Source: the human T2T-CHM13v2.0 reference genome, Homo sapiens. From it: a stretch of 64,000 bases of DNA. The position numbers and the translations under genes are program-made. This document shows, piece after piece, positions 1-16,853 of the stretch. The notes beneath the pieces were generated by a model, which ran no database searches, was not told the DNA's origin, and saw only the letters and a program-made list of their open reading frames with translations. The first letter of the stretch is position 1. Each line of letters begins with the position of its first letter. The DNA lies in the NCBI RefSeq assembly GCF_009914755.1, contig NC_060930.1; one strand, given 5' to 3'.

Positions 1-977
1 CCAGGAAGCATCTGGCTCCTCAGTCAGCTTAGTCTGATTCTTGGCCTGGCCCAGGGAAAGAAATTCATGTTCTGGATTCTGAGCAATGCTCTCTTGTCCC
101 AGGTGCCTGTTGGGCTCCTACTTACACCTCAAAACATAGCTTGAACATTGTCTCTTTTGTGAACTTTCTGTGACTCCTAGGTCAGAGAAGATGGTCTACT
201 TGTGAGTTTGCAAAGCATGTGTACATGTCCTGCCAACCATTAGTGTTACAATTTCCTGACTGATCTCTGCCTGAGCAAGACTGGGACAACCTTGAGCGCA
301 AGGGGGGTTTGGTTCCTCTTACCTCAGCCCCAGCTCCTTAAACACAATGCCTGGCACGTGGTAGGTATTTGATAAATATTTATTCAATGAAGGAACTGCC
401 TGCAATGGCCTGGTAGACAGGAAAGCGGAATGAAAGCAGGTCAAAAGTGGCTGGGAGAAGATTTTCTAAATCCCGATGTTGGGCACAGGGACCCCTGAAG
501 TTTTCTTTTGGAACCTTCCTATCTGTCTTGTTCTCCTCTCACCAGGCACATCCCTGCCCTCCAGAGCCCACTTAGTCACACACTACCTTTCAGGACTACC
601 TTCCACATCAGCCAGGTGCAAACCCCACAATGACTTCTGCCATGGCTCCCAATGCTTGGCTGCAACTCTGAGGCCAATTTCAGTGAGAGTAAGGAGCTTA
701 TCCAATGGAAGTGTCACTAGGAGTGACAATGGCTGGCTTGAAGATTAGGGAAATAGTGTCTACATTTCAAAAGAGAAGACTGCTCCACAAGGAATGTACA
801 GTTTTGATATGTGCAGGGCTCAGGTCTTCAGGGGATAAATAAGTTCCTAAATGCGCCATCAACAGGAATTTCCTTCAGGATAAATAGGAAAAGAACATTT
901 AGGCTTTTTAATTAAAATTTTATTTTACATGTTTTTAAAATTCACAATAGATATTTTATCCTAAAATAAAGTAAAAC

Positions 978-2522
978 CGAGAGGTGACAGCGTGCTGGCA
1001 GTCCTCACAGCCCTCGCTTGCTCTCCCCGCCTCCTCTGCCTGGGCTCCTACTTTGGCGGCACTTGAGGAGCCCTTCAGCCCTCCGCTGCACTGTGGGAGC
1101 CCCTTTCTGGGCTGGCCAAGGCCGGAGCCCTCTCCTTCAGCTTGCGGGGAGGTGTGGAGGGAGAGGCGCGAGCGGGAACCGGGGCTGTGTGCCGCGCTTG
1201 CCGGCCAGCTGGAGTTCCGGGTGGGCGTGGGCTTGGCGGGCCCCGCACTCGGAGCAGCCGGCCAGCCCTGCTGGCCCCTGGCAATGAGGGACTTAGCACC
1301 CGGGCCAGCAGCTGCGGAGGGTGTACTGGGTCCCCCAGCAGTGCCAGCCCACCAGCGCTGCGCTCGATTTCTCACCGAGCCTTAGCTGCCTTCCCGCGGG
1401 GCAGGGCTGGGGACCTGCAGCCCGCCATGCCTAAGCCTCCCACCCACTCCAAGGGCTCCTGTGCGGCCCGAGCCTCCTCGACGAGCACCACCCCCTGCTC
1501 CACGGCGCCCAGTCCCATCGACCACCCAAGGGCTGAGGAATGCAAGCGCACCGTGCGGCACTGGTAGGCAGCTCCACCTGCAGCCCCGGTGCGGGATCCA
1601 CTAAGTGAAGCCAGCTGGGCTCCTGAGTCTGGTGGGGACGTGGAGAGTCTTTATGTCTAGCTCAGGGATTGTAAACACACCAATCAGCACCTTGTGCCTA
1701 GCTCAGGGTTTGTGAGTGCACCAATCCACACTCTATCTAGCTGCTCTGGTGGGGCCTTGGAGAACCTTTATGTCTAGCTCAGGGATTGTAAATACACCAA
1801 TCGGCACTCTGTATCTAGCTCAAGGTTTGTAAACACACCAATCAGCACCCTGTGTTTAGCTCAAGGTTTGTGAATGCACCAATCTACACTCTGTATCTAG
1901 CTGCTCTGGTGGGGCCTTGGAGAACCTTTGTGTCCATACTGTGTATCTAACTAATCTGATGGGGACTTGGAGAACCTTTGTGTCTAGCTCAGGGATTGCA
2001 AACGCACCAATCAGCACCCTGTCAAAACAGACCACTCGGCTCTACCAATCAGCAGGATGTGGGTGGGGCCAGATAAGAGAATAAAAGCAGGCTGCCCGAG
2101 CCAGCAGTGGCAACCCAGTCGGGTTCTCTTCCACACTGCTAAAGCTTTGTTCTTTCGCTCTGCAATAAATCTTGCTACTGCTCACTCTTTGGGTCCATAG
2201 TGCTTTTATGAGCTGTAACACTCACTGTGAAGGTCTACAGCTTCACTCCTGAAGCCAGCAAGACCAAAAGCCCACCGGGAGAAACAAACAACTCCAGACG
2301 TGCCGCCTTAAGAGCTATAACACTGACCGCAAAGCTCTGTAGCTTCACTCCTGAGCCAGCGAGACCACGAACCCACCAGAAGGAAAAAACTCCGGACACG
2401 TCCGAACATCAGAAGGAACAAACTCCAGACGCGCCACCTTAAGAGCTGTAACACTCACCGCGAGGGTCCACAGTTTCATTCTTGAAGTCAGTGAGATCAA
2501 GAACCCACCAATTCCGGACACA
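978..2522 (+). mobile_element. Solo LTR12C (ERV9 LTR)
   Basis: Starts (c)GAGAGGTGACAGCGTGCTGGCAGTCCTC and ends CAATTCCGGACACA. Flanked by a 4-bp TSD AAAC (974-977 / 2523-2526). CpG-rich U3 with tandem CACCAATCAGCAC repeats. Confidence 0.93.
1650..2060 (+). promoter_or_regulatory. LTR12 tandem enhancer repeats with multiple CCAAT (NF-Y) boxes
   Basis: Repeated TCTAGCTCAGGGATTGTAAACACACCAATCAGCAC-type units, then GC box, GATA and AATAAAA promoter core at about 2060-2087. Confidence 0.75.
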
Positions 2523-2563
2523 AAACTTGCTTAATTACAGAAAATATGAAAAGTATATAAAAG

Positions 2564-2705
2564 CAGGGTCTCACTCTGTCGTCCAGGCTGGAGTGCAGTG
2601 GTGTGATCACGGCTCACTGCAACCTCAAACTCCTGGTCTCACACGATCCTCCTGCCTCGCCTCCGAAAACTCTAGTTTTACAGATATGAACCATAGCGCT
2701 AGCTC
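2564..2705 (-). mobile_element. FLAM/AluJ monomer
   Basis: CAGGGTCTCACTCTGTCGTCCAGGCTGGAGTGCAGTGG, single arm only. Confidence 0.75.
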
Positions 2706-2779
2706 TTACTGTCTTTCTTCAACACGTCCTCCCATCCTTCCCTCCTTTCTCCACTCTGCATTTGACCCCGGTGTATTCC

Positions 2780-3920
<1,141 letters not shown>

Positions 3921-4123
3921 GTTGATGGGGCAGAGCAGAAGGGGCTGTAGGTGGGTTGGAGGGGGAGGGGAACGGGCAGCCAGGCCTGGACCCTGGGGAG
4001 TGACTCACCCGGAGCCGAAGACCATCTCAGCTTTCCCTAGCCCAGAAAGGGTGGGACTGGCTTTATTTCTGCCTGCCATCACCTCAAAATGCCGTGGGAC
4101 AAATCTTACATATTATTATTGTT

Positions 4124-4431
4124 ATTTATTTATGTATTTTATTTTTTTTGAGACAGTCTTGGTCTGTCACCCAGACTGGAGTGCAGTGGCGCCATCTGGG
4201 CTCACTGCAACCCCCACCCCCCCGGGTTCAAGCAATTCTTCCTGCCTCAGCCTCCCAAGTAGCTGCGATTGCAGGCACCCCCCACCACGCCCGGCTGATT
4301 TTTATATTTTTAGTAGAGACGGGGTTTTGCCATGTTGTCCAGGCTAGTCTCGAACTCCTGACCTTAGGTGATCCACCCGCCTCGGCCTCCCAAAGTGCTG
4401 GGATTACAGGTGTAAGCCACCGCGCCTGGCC
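4124..4431 (-). mobile_element. Alu
   Basis: Antisense dimer with poly-T. Confidence 0.9.
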
Positions 4432-4462
4432 GGGAAATATCTCTTACAGAAATAAAGGCAGT

Positions 4463-4760
4463 TGGCTGGGTGTGGTGGCTCACCTGTAATCCTAGCACTT
4501 TGGGAGGGTGAGGCAGGCAGATGGTTTGAGCCTAGGAGTTTAAGACCAGCCTGGGCAAAATGGTGAAACCCCTTCTCCACCAGAAATACAAAAAATTAGC
4601 CAGGTGAGGTGGCTCATGCCTGTAGTCCCAGCTACTCCGGAAGCTGAGGTGGGAGGATCACCTGAGCCTGGGGAGGTCGCGGCTGCAGTGAGCCATGATT
4701 AACCCACAACTGCACTCCGCCTGGGTGACAGAGTGAGGCCCTGTGTCAAAAAATAAGAAA
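4463..4760 (+). mobile_element. AluJ-like
   Basis: Diverged dimer followed by a purine-rich (GA)n/(GGGA)n tail. Confidence 0.85.
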
Positions 4761-4889
4761 GAAAGAAGAGAGAGAGAGAGGAAGGGAGGGAGGGAGGGAG
4801 TTGAGGTTCAGAATATGTAACAGTGTTTATTGCTATACTCCATTCAATGGACTATGGACTATTATGCAGTGATTTAAAAGTAGGAGTTT

Positions 4890-5171
<282 letters not shown>

Positions 5172-5915
5172 GATATTTCCCACCTTGGATTGCTGGGTCG
5201 GGGGGTGGTGGGTATTTTCATTCATAATTGTCAGATTACTTTCATAAACAATGGAAACAGTTTCAGGCTCCTCAGCTTCTCACCTCCAAAATGGGCCTTT
5301 TCCTGTATCATTAACAGTCCTCAATGTTCTGGCTAATCAACTGAGCGACTGTTTATAGATTTGCAGGCCATTTGGATTTACAATTAATCTTATTAATGAG
5401 GCTGAAATGTGAAGTTTATCTCAGCCTCAAAGAAGTAATTCAGCAAGGATCAGTGGTTTCACTTAACAGTCTGGCTCTGAGGCTGGCTGTGGCCCTGTTA
5501 TCCATGGTGAGCACCATGGGAATGCAGGCAAGGGCTGTGAGAGGCTTGGAACAAGGCTCCACCCAGGAGAGATCTGGGTGGGCGTTGGTGACCAGTAGAA
5601 CCTAGGTGTCCTGGGCCAGTGCCCTTGGAGACTAGTCTTCTTTACCCCAGGCATCTTCTTTATTCTGGAATGAGCCTGCCCATCCCTCAGGAAGACTGAA
5701 AGGAATTCGGTCAGAAGAATATTATTGACTTTTATCCAGACTTGATTTCAGTAGAGTTCTGGGACCTGCCATATCCTATGGGTGAGCTCTATCCAGGTCC
5801 CCTTCCCTGAATTACCTGTCCTCTCCCCACTGACTGGGATGACACCTAATTTTACAACCTGCTGTAGCATCTTTGCTCCCACTGTGACAGTAAACTCCTT
5901 GAGACTGGTGGCCAT

Positions 5916-6203
5916 CTTGGGAAGTGATTAGATTCAGAAGAGGTTGAGAGGTTGGGGCCCCCATGATGGGATTAGTGTCCTTTTAAGAAAAAGAAGAGAC
6001 TGGAGCTCCCACTCTCTTCACCACGTGAGGATATGGCAAGAAGGCAGCTGTCTGCCAGGCAGGAAGAGGGCCCTCACCAGGAACTGAATCTGCTGGTTCC
6101 CTAACCTCAGATTTCCAGGGTCCAGAATTGTGAGAAAGAAATGTCTGTTGTTAACCAATCCATCTGTGGTGTTTTGTTATGGCAGCACAAGCTGACTAAA
6201 CAA
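5916..6203 (+). mobile_element. MLT1A/B-type MaLR LTR fragment
   Basis: GATGGGATTAGTGTCCTT ... GTTTTGTTATGGCAGCACAAGCTGACTAA, the typical MLT1 3' end. Confidence 0.75.
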
Positions 6204-6486
6204 GTGCCAAAACCAAACCAGTAACTCCCACTTTCTAGTCTCGGACCCAGTATTAAGGAATTCTGGTCACATAGTTTATTCATCCATTTAACAAATATTT
6301 AGTAAGTGCTTCTGTGCCAGGCATTTTTCTAGGCCTGGTGATCATTTAATCAAAAGAGACTAACACCTGCTCCCTGATGCTTACAATCTGAAAGACAATA
6401 AAGAAAAATATAGTAACAGTAGTGAATTATATGGATGTGTTCCAGCAATTGATTGCTGAGCAAAAAATAATCTTAACGCATACAAA

Positions 6487-6843
<357 letters not shown>

Positions 6844-7317
6844 TCAGCTGGGCAGCTCTTCCGCTCCATACAACATGGGCTGGGCCACCATCATCTGGAG
6901 CCCAGCTGGTCCAACACATTCAAGAGGCTCCTGCACAGGGCTGCAGTTGGTGCTGGCTTGTTGGCTGGGAACTCACTGAGGCTGTGAACCAGGTGACTTG
7001 GTTTCTCCTCCACCTGCTCCTCCACGTGCCCTGGCTGCTTCTGGCTCTGCACCTGGGGTCCGGGTGTTTCAAGTGGCCAAGTCAGAACCACAAGGCATCT
7101 TATGCTGGAACCTCAGAAGTCAGGCAGCATCACGTTCCTCATGTTCTAGTCACCAAAGCAAGTCCCAGATCCAAAAAGGGGGATTAGCATCAGCTCTTGA
7201 TAGAGGATGGCAAGGTCACATTGCTAAAGAGCATGTGGGATGGGAGATATTGTTGAGGCCATCTTTGGAAAAGGACTTTTATGTTTACAAAGTGATAGGT
7301 GATAAAAAGAAAAAATA

Positions 7318-7774
<457 letters not shown>

Positions 7775-7799
7775 TCACCCTCATGTACACCTATGCTCT

Positions 7800-7965
7800 G
7801 TACATACCCAGGGCTCTGCACTGAGGCAGACCCTAAAGCTGCAGTGGGAATGGAGGTGGACACACTTATGGAAAGACTTCTTCAAAGAATGTTGGGGACC
7901 CAGGTCTACCCTTCCTGCTGTGGCTCTTATACGACCTGGAGTTGGGGAGGGAAAGGCACTGGCAT
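7800..7965 (+). pseudogene. MHC class I-like alpha2-domain 3' remnant
   Basis: QTLKLQWE (7827-7850) followed, after a frameshift, by FLLWLLYDLELGRERHWH (7912-7965). Compare class I QITKRKWE...CVEWLRRYLENGKETLQR and HFE PTKLEWE...LLELGR. Confidence 0.55.
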
Positions 7966-8049
7966 GTGGAGGAAGACTAGGAGAGGAGGGGAGGCCAAAG
8001 CGTGTCCCACCCTCACTCCACCTCTCTGCTCTCTGTCTCCTACATCGAG

Positions 8050-8327
8050 TGCCTCCTTCCCCAGGGCTTGTGGTCCCTGACAAGGAGGACCCTGAGGGCA
8101 ACCACACCTTGCCATGCAGAGCACCTGGCTTCTCATCTGCCAAGCTCACTCTGACCCGGCTGCAGGAAGGGAAGGAGCCAACCCCGGACTCAAGACTCAA
8201 GGGGACCAGAACCAGGGAGATGAGACATACCAGGGCTGGGCAGCTGTGGGGGTCCTTCCAGAGAGGAGCTGAGATACGCCTACCTGGAGGGGCCCCTGGG
8301 CCTGGAGGGGCTCCTCAGTGTGACTGG
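8050..8327 (+). pseudogene. MHC class I-like alpha3 (Ig C1) pseudo-exon
   Basis: Pyrimidine tract then ag|TG CCT CCT (phase 1); 278 bp; ends GG|gtgaag. Reads VPP...EGNHTLPCRAPGFSSAKLTLTRLQEGKEPTPDSRLKGTRT/GDETYQGWAAVGVLP/EELRYAYLEGPLGLEGLLSVT with two frameshifts. Compare HLA [60 protein letters not shown]. Confidence 0.85.
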
Positions 8328-8581
8328 GTGAAGTGTTTTCAGAGGACCAGGGTTGAGGTTGGGGGCATCTCATCCAGACCCTGCCGGCATCTGCCCCAGA
8401 ACCCAAGGGCCCCTCCTTCCTCCCTCCTCAATGGAAATGCTGGAGATGTCCTCAGTCACCCTCTGAGCACTCACACATCACCCCTTATTTGGAAATTTTT
8501 CTCACTCTAACCTTCCTTCCTGCCGCACCTTCTGCCCCATCCCCAGGCTCTGGCCTCTCTCTCTCCTCTTCTACCCTTTAG

Positions 8582-8620
8582 CAGGTAATGACTCAGTTCC
8601 CACTGAGGAGCCAGCTGTAG
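8582..8620 (+). pseudogene. Candidate 39-bp stalk/connecting-peptide mini-exon of the class I-like fossil
   Basis: Strong acceptor (ctcctcttctaccctttag) and donor (gtgaga). Phase 1-1, open, reads AGNDSVPTEEPAV. Confidence 0.45.
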
Positions 8621-9143
8621 GTGAGAGTTTGGGCTCTCGGTGAGGTTGGGAGAAGGAAAAGGCTTATGGGCCAGGGGGTGGGAGGGAGAATGGGCACAGC
8701 CAGAGCAGAGTGGAAGGGTTGGGGGAGGCGATAAAGACAGATGTTTCCGTATTACCATTTTTCTTTCATGGTCCGAGGGAGCTGCCCTTCCCCCAAGCCC
8801 AGGAAAGTGAAAAGAGAAGCAGGAACAGTAAAATACTCCACAGGAAAGAAAAATCTTAGTGATCCCTCCTGCTGTCTCTTTCCTTTTGCCTATTCTGGCA
8901 AATTTTGTAAGTGAAATTTGTTACCAAGATGTGAAAATCTTATAAGAAAGTCTCTAAATATTTGAGAATAAAATTATCAATGTCTCAGCTCTGCAGGCTG
9001 AAAAAACGGAGGCTTTACAAAATAAAATCATGCTTGGAAAACTTCTCCTCTGAGGGATGTCAAAGGCTGCACTGAATAAGCTCTAAGGTGGTGCTGAAAT
9101 GAGTCATTTATTTGCCTGTGTAAGCTCAGGCAGGTGTTGGAAT

Positions 9144-9741
9144 TGAGGAAGTATAGGTAATGAAAAAAGTAAACATGTCCTCGGGACATAGCGACTGGTG
9201 ATGACCACACAATCAACACAATAAACTCTAGCATTCACATTGTAGTCCAGCTCATTCAAGCAAAGCTATCTCCAATAGGGAGTTTACCCTGTACAGAACA
9301 CGTGCATTTCCACCTGTTCTCAGACTGACCCTTTGCTCATCACAATAGTGAAAAAAAACACAGCCCTGGGTGGAGATTTAAGATGCTAATGAGTCATGAG
9401 ATGTATGAACAAGCATGTACAGCTACTGCACACGTGCACCCAGAAGACCGCCCAGAACATGCTTGCTAGTAACACCTCTTCCCACCCACCTCCTGTGAAT
9501 AATCATGTAAGACTCCCATAAAGGGAGTTTCTCCAGCAGTGATCAATGCTGTCTCATCCTTAGGAGCAGCCCACCCTGAATCCTCTCAGGGTGTACAGTT
9601 TATTTTGCACTTAACTTTCAAAATAATATTTTTCCTTTGTAATAAATTGCTTTGTACTTCATCTCCTTTGCTGCGTGTTTCTTGTTTAAATTCTTTTAAA
9701 TGAAGAAGTCAAGAACCAAGGTATTACAACAGCCGTCAACA
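9144..9741 (+). mobile_element. 5' LTR of ERV1 provirus
   Basis: TG...CA ends, homologous to 16854-17469, AATAAA at 9641. Confidence 0.88.
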
Positions 9742-10059
9742 TTTCCGGTGCCATGACTCAGAGGTTTGTCTGCTTCGTTGGTTTCAGTTTCCCTTCACTA
9801 CTGGTGAGTACTATGGCAGCCAGAGACCCCTGATTGACTATCACTGCTTTCCCCAGATCTATTAAGGTTTTGGGGGAGGACCTTTTAACTCACTCACATT
9901 CTTTGAGCAACTAATTGTGATTGCTTTCCATTTGGCTGCTGCTTTTACAGTGTTTACAATTACCTTATTTGGATGGAACGCCCTGATTATTCAGCCTTGG
10001 GACTTTTGCTGCTTCTGTTTCACTTTTTGTTTTGCTGTTCCTCCCAGGACTGCACCTGA

Positions 10060-10386
<327 letters not shown>

Positions 10387-11024
10387 ACTTGTTTGTTAAT
10401 CAAGTAATCTCTTCAAAGATTTTTGTTCACCTTGAGGGACACATTAGATCTACTTTTGCCAACAGTCCCCATTCCTCCAGGCTCTGTGTGTTCTGAGACT
10501 CCTCTGAGTCTCAGAGGAGTGTGTTCTGAACGTCTCCTCTGAGAACAGGAGACGTTCCAAGAGGCCATCCATGTTGAGTGCAGGATGTGTGGCCACATGG
10601 ATGTGTAGTCATGGGGACTATAACCAGGCATTCCAAGCATGATGACTGGACATTAAAAATGGCAGATCAGTGAAATAAGGAAGGGCTTGTTGGTGAGACA
10701 TCCAGGCTCCCCGGCTGGCAGCAGAGATCACTTCAGTTCAGCTTGGAGACGTCCAGCACCAGTGAGACCTAGAATGGTGCATGGCAAATGCCCATGACCT
10801 CCTAGGGCCTCAGTTTCATGGGGATTCAAGGGAACACCCTGGACTCCATCGTCCAGCTTAGCTCACAGGGATGCCGATGACCTCCTGGATTTTGGTACAT
10901 GTTTCTGTGGTTGCAGGATTCTCTTGTTACCTAGAAAGCCACCTCCTCTACTGTCACTGAAACACCTCTAGGGTATATACTAAACATTGGAATATTTTGA
11001 AACTGTATAAATTAAAAGATAATA

Positions 11025-11312
11025 GGTGGGTGCGATGGCTTACACCTGTAATCTCAGCACTTTGCGAGGCCGAGGTGGGCAGATCACCTGAGGTTGGGAT
11101 TTTGAGACCAGCCTGACCAACATGGAGAAACCCCATCTCTACTAAAAATACAAAATTAGCTGGGCATGGCGGCACATTCCTGTAATCCCAGCTACTCGGG
11201 AGGCTGAGGCAGGAGAATTGCTTGAACCAGGAGGCGGAGGTTGCAGTAAGCCGAGATTATGCCATTGCACTCCAGCCTGGGCAACAAGAGCAAAACTCCG
11301 TCTCAAAAAAAA
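11025..11312 (+). mobile_element. Alu
   Basis: Dimer. Confidence 0.9.
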
Positions 11313-11848
11313 ATTTTTTTTAAATAAATATAATAAACAATTGCCAAAGAGTAAAACTATTGATACAATCCTCACCACTTTAAGGCTTAAGGTTTTCTTT
11401 TCCATCACTGAGTCTCTCCCTTTCCTCTCATTCTTCCACTTACAAATCTCCAAAACAATTCTCACGCACTGTGACTTTGCTCCCTTCAGCTGATTTATCA
11501 GTTCATCCTGATAGCCTGATAGGTGACAAGCAGAGGTGAGGACTTCAAAGTTCACACCAAGTAGATCTAGTTCACTGTGGCCCTCCTTGACAGGAGGTTT
11601 GTGAAGCTGGCAGGGCTTCTGTCCAGGCTGTGCACTGTCTGGGAATCCTCATTTGCAATGTCTGGAGATCTTCATTTTTCTTACTACTAACAATCATCTT
11701 GTTATGTTTGCACTTCTTTGCATTTCACCCCTTTTGAATTCTGTCCTTCCATGAAAATTTATTGTCCTTTTTGATCCATCTGTATTCACAGACTTTCATT
11801 TGCTTTCTTTTTCTCTCTAACCCGTAAGACTGATAAAAATTGTCCTAA

Positions 11849-12415
<567 letters not shown>

Positions 12416-12512
12416 TGATTAGGTCTTTTCAACACTGCATAGTCCCAAACAATACTGTTTTACAATTAGAGTTTTTGTTGTTGTTGCTGTTTTTAAATAA
12501 AAAGAAAGGAAG

Positions 12513-13590
<1,078 letters not shown>

Positions 13591-15431
13591 AAAATACCTC
13601 CTACCAACAACTTTCCTCCCTTACAATCTAGTCCAGGGTTACTCTTCAAACCTCTTAAGCTTCTACTCCTGTAGTCCTTCCTCACTTGACACACAGTCTT
13701 CTGCACCCCGTCCTTATCAGCTTGTTCACCAAACACTCCCTAAAGAGCCCAGTCCTGCTGGGACAACTCATAGCAGAGTATCCTATTGCCCCCCTAAAAC
13801 AAAAAGCAACCTACTCTCACTCTCTATCTGTATCTCCCTCTCTCAGGTAACACACAGAAAAACAACCAAATCCTCTTAGAGACCTACTTCATGAGTCAGT
13901 CTGTCCCAGATATCAGGAAAAAGTCACAAAACTAGTCATAAATCCCCAAGTCCCAATAAATGAACTGCTAAACCTAACTTTTGGTGTCTTTAATTACCAA
14001 GACAGAGTGGAAAAGGCACATAGAGATCAAAGGGAAGAAAAGAGAGACAAAAGATAGTCCCAATTTTTGGCCTTCACTCACTATGCGAAAACTCCCACCT
14101 CCAGGTCATCCTGAGTGGAACCCAAGGGCTATTCCTGCACTTATAAAAAGCCTGGACACCGGAGCTAAGTAAGTAACAAAGGCCTTCAGGCTTGCAAACC
14201 CTCTGGAGCCTGTCATCAATGTGACAAAGAAGGGCAATGGAAGAAGGACTGTCTCCAACTCTGAAGGGAGGAGGGACTCCTAATTCCTTATTGTCCCTGG
14301 CTAAAGACTAAAGAGACCAAAGGCAAAAAACAGCTCCTATGTGGCAATCAGCCCCAGTCACAGCAATGGAGCCTCGGATGACCCTGGACATGACAGGCAA
14401 AAATATCAATATCCTTTTAAAGACAGAGGCTGGCCTGTCAGTTCTCACTGTCTGCCCTGGGCCTCTGTCTACCAAACACGACACTGTCATTGGTGTTAAT
14501 AGCAAACTCCAGACTAGGATTTTCACTCTACCATGCAGCTGACCAACTTCTGCTGCAGTAAAACTTAGGGGTGTAGGCCTTTGGTGTGTTTATCAAAAAT
14601 AAAAAATGATTCCTTTTAAGTCATCACAGAAACTTGAAACAAAGACTCCAAGCTATTCCTATGAAGCACTGGAGGATCTAAGGCTCCTGTCCAAAAACAG
14701 CCAAGACCCAAAACATCAGGCAATTAATGTTGCCTCAGCATAAGCTTCTATTCAAGAAAACAACTCACAGTGAAATGTGATGTTTTTATTTTTTTCTTAT
14801 TTATTTACTGTATTTTAGGCGCTTTTAGTAAAACGACCTTATCTGCTAAAGAAATAATAAATCATACTACTAATTTATAAAAATTAACTCAGTCTTGCTG
14901 GCTTTGCATGACTACCAAAATTTAAAAATGTGCAAAACCTGTTTCTCGGGAAGAATGGGCCAACATTCCTATACACCTCCTGGAACAAACTTTGGACCAT
15001 AATGTGGAAATATCTGACTAAACAAACAATACAAAGAGAGTTCCTTGGACCTGGCCACTGCCAGTTCAAACTTCCATTTTTATCTATGAATAATAGCTTC
15101 ACTCTGCCAAGGGGAAAATTGCTTTCTTACCTTGCTTTTTACCCAGAGCAATTCCCCTTCTGCCTTTACAGCAACCATGCCAGTTTCACTCCTTTTATAG
15201 AAAAACTCCACAAGAGAGTCAGTATATCTAAACCTTTCTCACAGAATCATTTATACACCTCATGATAGAACCCTAAAGGGGGAACTTTATTTCAAAAAGC
15301 TTATTAACACCACTCAACTCTACCATCCTCTAATTAGTCCAGTGACCACCAAATTTCCATTACTTTTACCACCTCGATGCAAAATGCTTTTGCAGCACAA
15401 ATTTCACCATCACATATAATTTGCTTGTGTT

Positions 15432-15836
<405 letters not shown>

Positions 15837-16357
15837 CTAACAAATCTCTCCCTTTCCCCATGTACCAACATCACAAGATCCACCGCTGAGCAGGATTCCT
15901 TGTTCCCTTGGGATTAGTGCTATCCTCTCTATCGGGACTAGCAGAGCCAGCCACAGAGACAGAGCCTTGGGAACCCAGCATAAACTGTCTCAGGAGACCA
16001 GAGTGGCCCTCTGACAAACAGCAGAGAGCCTCACTAGACTTCAGCAACAGCTGGACTTCCTGGCAGTCCTACAAAACCGAAGAGCCTTAGACCTTCTCAC
16101 AGTTGGACAACGAGGAACATGTTTGTATCTAGAAGAAGAATGTTGTTTTCGCATCAATCAAATTACAAATATATATTAATAGCATTTTCTTGGAATAAGA
16201 AAATCATTACCCAGGCAGACAAAATTGAATATTTAGGAGCTTCCGTGGGAACTTGGAAGCAATGGCTGTTTTCTGCCTTGCTCCCTTTAACAATGCCAGT
16301 CATTACCATATGTTTAGCTCTAACTTTTGGTCCAACTTTGTTTAAAATGCTGATTTC

Positions 16358-16573
16358 CCAGCCTGGCCAACATGTCGAAACACTGTCTCTACTAAAAATA
16401 CAAAAAATTAGCCAGGTGTGGTGGCAGGCGTCTGTAATCTCAGCTACTTGGGAGGCTGAAGCAAGAGAATTACTTGAACCTGGGAGGCAGAGGTTGCAGT
16501 GAGCTGAGAGCTGAGATCACTCCATTGCACTCCAGCCTGGGCATCAGAGCCAGACTGTCTCAAAAAAAAAAAA
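16358..16573 (+). mobile_element. 5'-truncated Alu
   Basis: Begins CCAGCCTGGCCAACATG; TSD-like tgctgatttc. Confidence 0.85.
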
Positions 16574-16853
16574 AATTGCTGATTTCTTGCTTTGTCACCT
16601 ACAGCAAATCCCGGTTCATGTGATGGTTTTGCAAGGCTTCCAACCTTTGGCTGCTAATGAGCTATCTCACATCTTGCCCACCAGTCCCCTGAAAGACATG
16701 GCTTACACACTGTTAGACTAGGCAGGAAAAGACTTCAGGGCCCAGGTTAGGCAAGGACAATGCCGCACTCAGCAGGAAGCAGCTCTGGAAGAAATGACCT
16801 AGCCTCTCATCCTCCCGTATGATTATGGGTCCTAAGATCTTTTAGGGAGGAAT

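Noticed and set aside
956-1567. Several overlapping 74-141 aa ORFs on both strands
   Set aside because: They lie entirely within GC-rich LTR12C U3 and are chance ORFs.
1650-2050. Regularly spaced repeats resembling a CRISPR-like array
   Set aside because: These are the known tandem enhancer repeats of LTR12, with no unique spacers.
5468-5512. LALRLAVALLSM followed by gtgagc as a leader exon
   Set aside because: The hydrophobic frame gives a phase-0 junction rather than the phase 1 expected for class I leaders, and the match is too short.
6984-7187. Signal-peptide-like ORF (WFLLHLLLHVPWLLLALHLG) as a leader exon for the class I-like fossil
   Set aside because: It starts at GTG, lies in old MaLR-like sequence and has no suitable phase-1 donor.
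8844-8912. Hydrophobic stretch ending in gtaagt as a TM exon
   Set aside because: The acceptor is weak, the phase-1 frame is not the hydrophobic one, and the stretch is too short to support the call.
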